64,000 nucleotides of DNA from NCBI GenBank assembly GCA_964495685.1, contig CAZBVQ010000003.1:4824-68823 (forward strand), written 5' to 3'. This DNA is from an uncultured Candidatus Saccharibacteria bacterium. GTDB lineage: Bacteria; Patescibacteriota; Minisyncoccia; Phycocordibacterales; PALSA-1337. The translations under genes were made by a program, and so were the position numbers. The notes beneath the pieces were generated by a model that was not told where the DNA came from, did no database searches, and saw only the letters and a program-made list of their open reading frames with translations. Of the stretch, positions 61,770 through 64,000 are shown in pieces (within the stretch, counting starts at the first letter, position 1; each line of letters opens with the position of its first letter).

Positions 61770-64000
61770 AAAGATTTCATTCATATACTTATGGCTGGTA
61801 TTACCACCGGCATGATCGCGTTCCTCGGATTCTTGCCGAGTGTACACGCGGAGACGATTATCAATGACGGGTTCCTGCAGGGAGATACGGTGTGGGATGT
61901 TGCTCATAGCCCCTACGTCTTGAATGATGTGGTGACTGTTCCCGCGGGCATTACGCTCACCATCGAGCCTGGTGTCCGAGTCGTGGCTGACCCAGCGTCG
62001 CCCTACGATCCTTACCTGTATGTGAATGGTACGCTTGATGTGGCTGGATCACCGAGTGCCCACGTCAGTATCGGCTCCTTGTTCGGTATCACGGTCGATC
62101 ATGGATATGCCACGCTGTCATACACTGATACCTCGATGAAAGGCACGCTATCATTCATCGGTGCCACGGGCTCTATCGCATCATCGACGATAGATCATGA
62201 TGCTGCGGATACCTCTGATGGCGTATACATTCAAGACAGTTCAGTCCGTATATCTGGCAGTCGCATCGCTCATCACGTGAACGGGGTGGTTGTTCAGGGT
62301 GGCGGAGGAGTATTCCAGGCCATCGGACAGACTCATCTCGCATGGAATAATGACGGCGGTGATGCCGATATAGTGAGTGGACTTATTGCACAGACTCCAG
62401 TCGTATCTATGTCAGTGCAGATTACTGATTCATCGTTGGTCGACAACGTACACACAGCTATTACCAATTATTCCTCGGCTACGGTCGATGCGGACCACAA
62501 TTGGTGGGGGAGTCAGTCGGGACCAAGTGATGCAGAGGCGGCGGCTTCTAATGGCGTTAAAGGATACATATCGTATACACCATGGCTTGATCATGATCCG
62601 ACGGTGCCACAGGTGGCGTCATTGTGTTGTTCGAGCATCTTATTCATTCCTGGACTCGAGGCCAGTCGACTCTATAGGTCCGAGGTCGGTATGTTCGGCA
62701 TAGGGAGTACCACCAATAGACTTTGGGAGCCCAATCGTAATGATGATGTTCGTAAACTCTTCCTCAATACCAATGGTTCGAGTACAGACGCGTCTATTTA
62801 CGTGGGTGGTCCGATCGGTCGTGCGCTCGGGGTCGTCAGTATTTACGGCTCGTTTATGGATATGCTTGATACATTAGTCACCCAAGGGACCATGAATGAG
62901 TGGCGACCGTTCGGTTACGATTGGCGTGCCGCGATCGGCGATGTGGTGACTGGACCGACGAGGCGGGCTACGACGACCGAGCAGCTCATAGACACGGTTA
63001 TCTCCATGGCCGATCATTCCAAGACAGGCAAAGTCACCATTGTGGCCCACAGCAATGGTGGTCTGGTCGCCAAATACCTCGTGAAGACACTTGTCGACAT
63101 GGGTAAGGTAGACATAATCGATTCGGTCATATCGGTGGCAGTGCCGTACCTGGGTACGCCGCAGGCAATTCTAGGGCTTCTTCATGGAGACAATCAGTCT
63201 ATCTTGGGAGGTCTTATTTTGAAACAGAGTGTCGCCAAAGAATGGGGGGTCAACATGCCCAGTGCGTATTCGCTACTGCCATCAGCTACGTATTTCGCAC
63301 GCGCGCTCGGGCCTACGATTGCGTACGCGAGTACCACGGGTGGTGAGGGTATCGATACATCGACAGAGCAGAATTCGTTCATATCTTCTCGCGCCAATGG
63401 TTGGCTCATGACGACGGCCGAAGCGCTCCATGCGATTCTTGACCCATTCGTATGGCCTTCGACTATTGTACGGTGGGCTATTGTCGGGTGGGGGAACCGT
63501 ACGGCCAAAGGGATCGTATATTCTGCCGACGGATACCGTGCTACGACGACTCCGATGGGTGATAGTACTGTGGTCGTGCCGAGTGCTGTGTATGATGCAG
63601 GCACAGTTGCGGCTATCAATTTGCCACAAGAATCAGTGACTGAAGGGAGGGTATATGATCATGCCAATATCCTCGAGTCATCCGCCACGCAATCTGCCAT
63701 TCGAGATATGGTGACAGGCGCTGATACTGACCAGTCGGTACGTACGTTGAGTATTACGGATAAATTGCGACAGATACCCAATCTGACCATTGGCGAACCT
63801 GATTATGAACATGAGAAGACATTCTTGGTGGTGAGCACGCATTCACCCGTCGAACTCCATCTTAGTGACATGAATGGCCGTCACACTGGATTCGCACCTA
63901 TTCCTGCAAGTACCGACGAGGAACTTGAGGATGGATTGTGGAAATATGCTGAGCACGATATTCCTGGAAGTAGTTTCGAGACACACGGCGATGAAGAACA
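61770..64000 (+). CDS. secreted protein, 3'-truncated by the window end: signal peptide + right-handed beta-helix-like region + alpha/beta-hydrolase lipase/esterase domain
   Basis: An open frame runs from the ATG at 61770 to the window end, over 740 aa, and is not in the ORF track because it lacks a stop. MKDFIHILMAGITTGMIAFLGFLPSVHA signal peptide. GxSxG nucleophile motif in TIVAHSNGGLVAKYL. Confidence 0.7.

Noticed and set aside
63194-63639. Minus-strand ORFs 63194-63619 and 63282-63629, and the small plus-strand ORFs 63229-63411 and 63430-63639
   Set aside because: All lie inside the long open frame starting at 61770, which has a signal peptide and a GxSxG hydrolase motif. They are reverse/alternate-frame artefacts.

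Overview
This 64-kb window is a gene-dense bacterial chromosome segment. The backbone is about 50% GC and mostly translation and DNA-metabolism genes; the features suggest a small-genome Patescibacteria/CPR-like organism.

Backbone genes:
- Ribosomal and translation: rplS; secE-nusG-rplK with no rplA following; rpsF-ssb-rpsR with no rplI following; efp.
- Aminoacyl-tRNA synthetases: argS, ileS, dimeric-type glyS, metG.
- RNA and tRNA modification: rluA-like, rlmH, queA.
- Core processes: recA, recO, ftsK, folD, glyA.
- tRNAs: Val, Arg, Leu, His.

Many genes appear to be leaderless or use TTG/GTG starts. A TGnTACAAT/TATAAT -10 element sits 6-7 nt before the start codon of several genes.

About 13 kb (roughly 2978-16060) is visibly AT-richer. 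It begins exactly at the 3' end of tRNA-His with a large serine recombinase and looks like an integrated island. Its cargo:
- a copper-homeostasis cassette: CsoR with a textbook operator, CopA, a YHS protein, DUF305, an HMA-membrane protein and a cupredoxin-like protein;
- a NERD-domain protein;
- a YdeN/RBBP9 serine hydrolase fused to a HEPN-like C-terminal domain.

Most unusual observations:
1. IleRS carries an inserted, complete histidine-phosphatase (PGAM-like, RHG...SH) domain of about 200 aa in place of a short linker.
2. A divergent deoxynucleotide cluster (DHFR-like, dcd, ThyA-like || dCMP deaminase, dut, tmk) has a ThyA homolog with Asp replacing the invariant substrate-specifying Asn. 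This predicts a dCMP-directed enzyme.
3. Two paralogous PG-binding surface proteins share a 614-bp block that is identical except for one base, a gene-conversion signature.
4. An independently transcribed, GC-rich region of about 415 nt lies upstream of glyS and is probably a structured RNA.
5. Several non-coding repeat classes are present:
   - long, near-perfect inverted-repeat hairpin elements at three sites (two 32-bp arms, one 27-bp);
   - a 19-bp palindrome TTCTAGGCC-N-GGCCTAGAA, three copies;
   - a 90-bp direct-repeat pair, a 41-bp repeat pair, and tandem repeats upstream of recA.

No CRISPR array and no rRNA gene was seen. Coordinates derived by hand may be off by ±1-2 nt.
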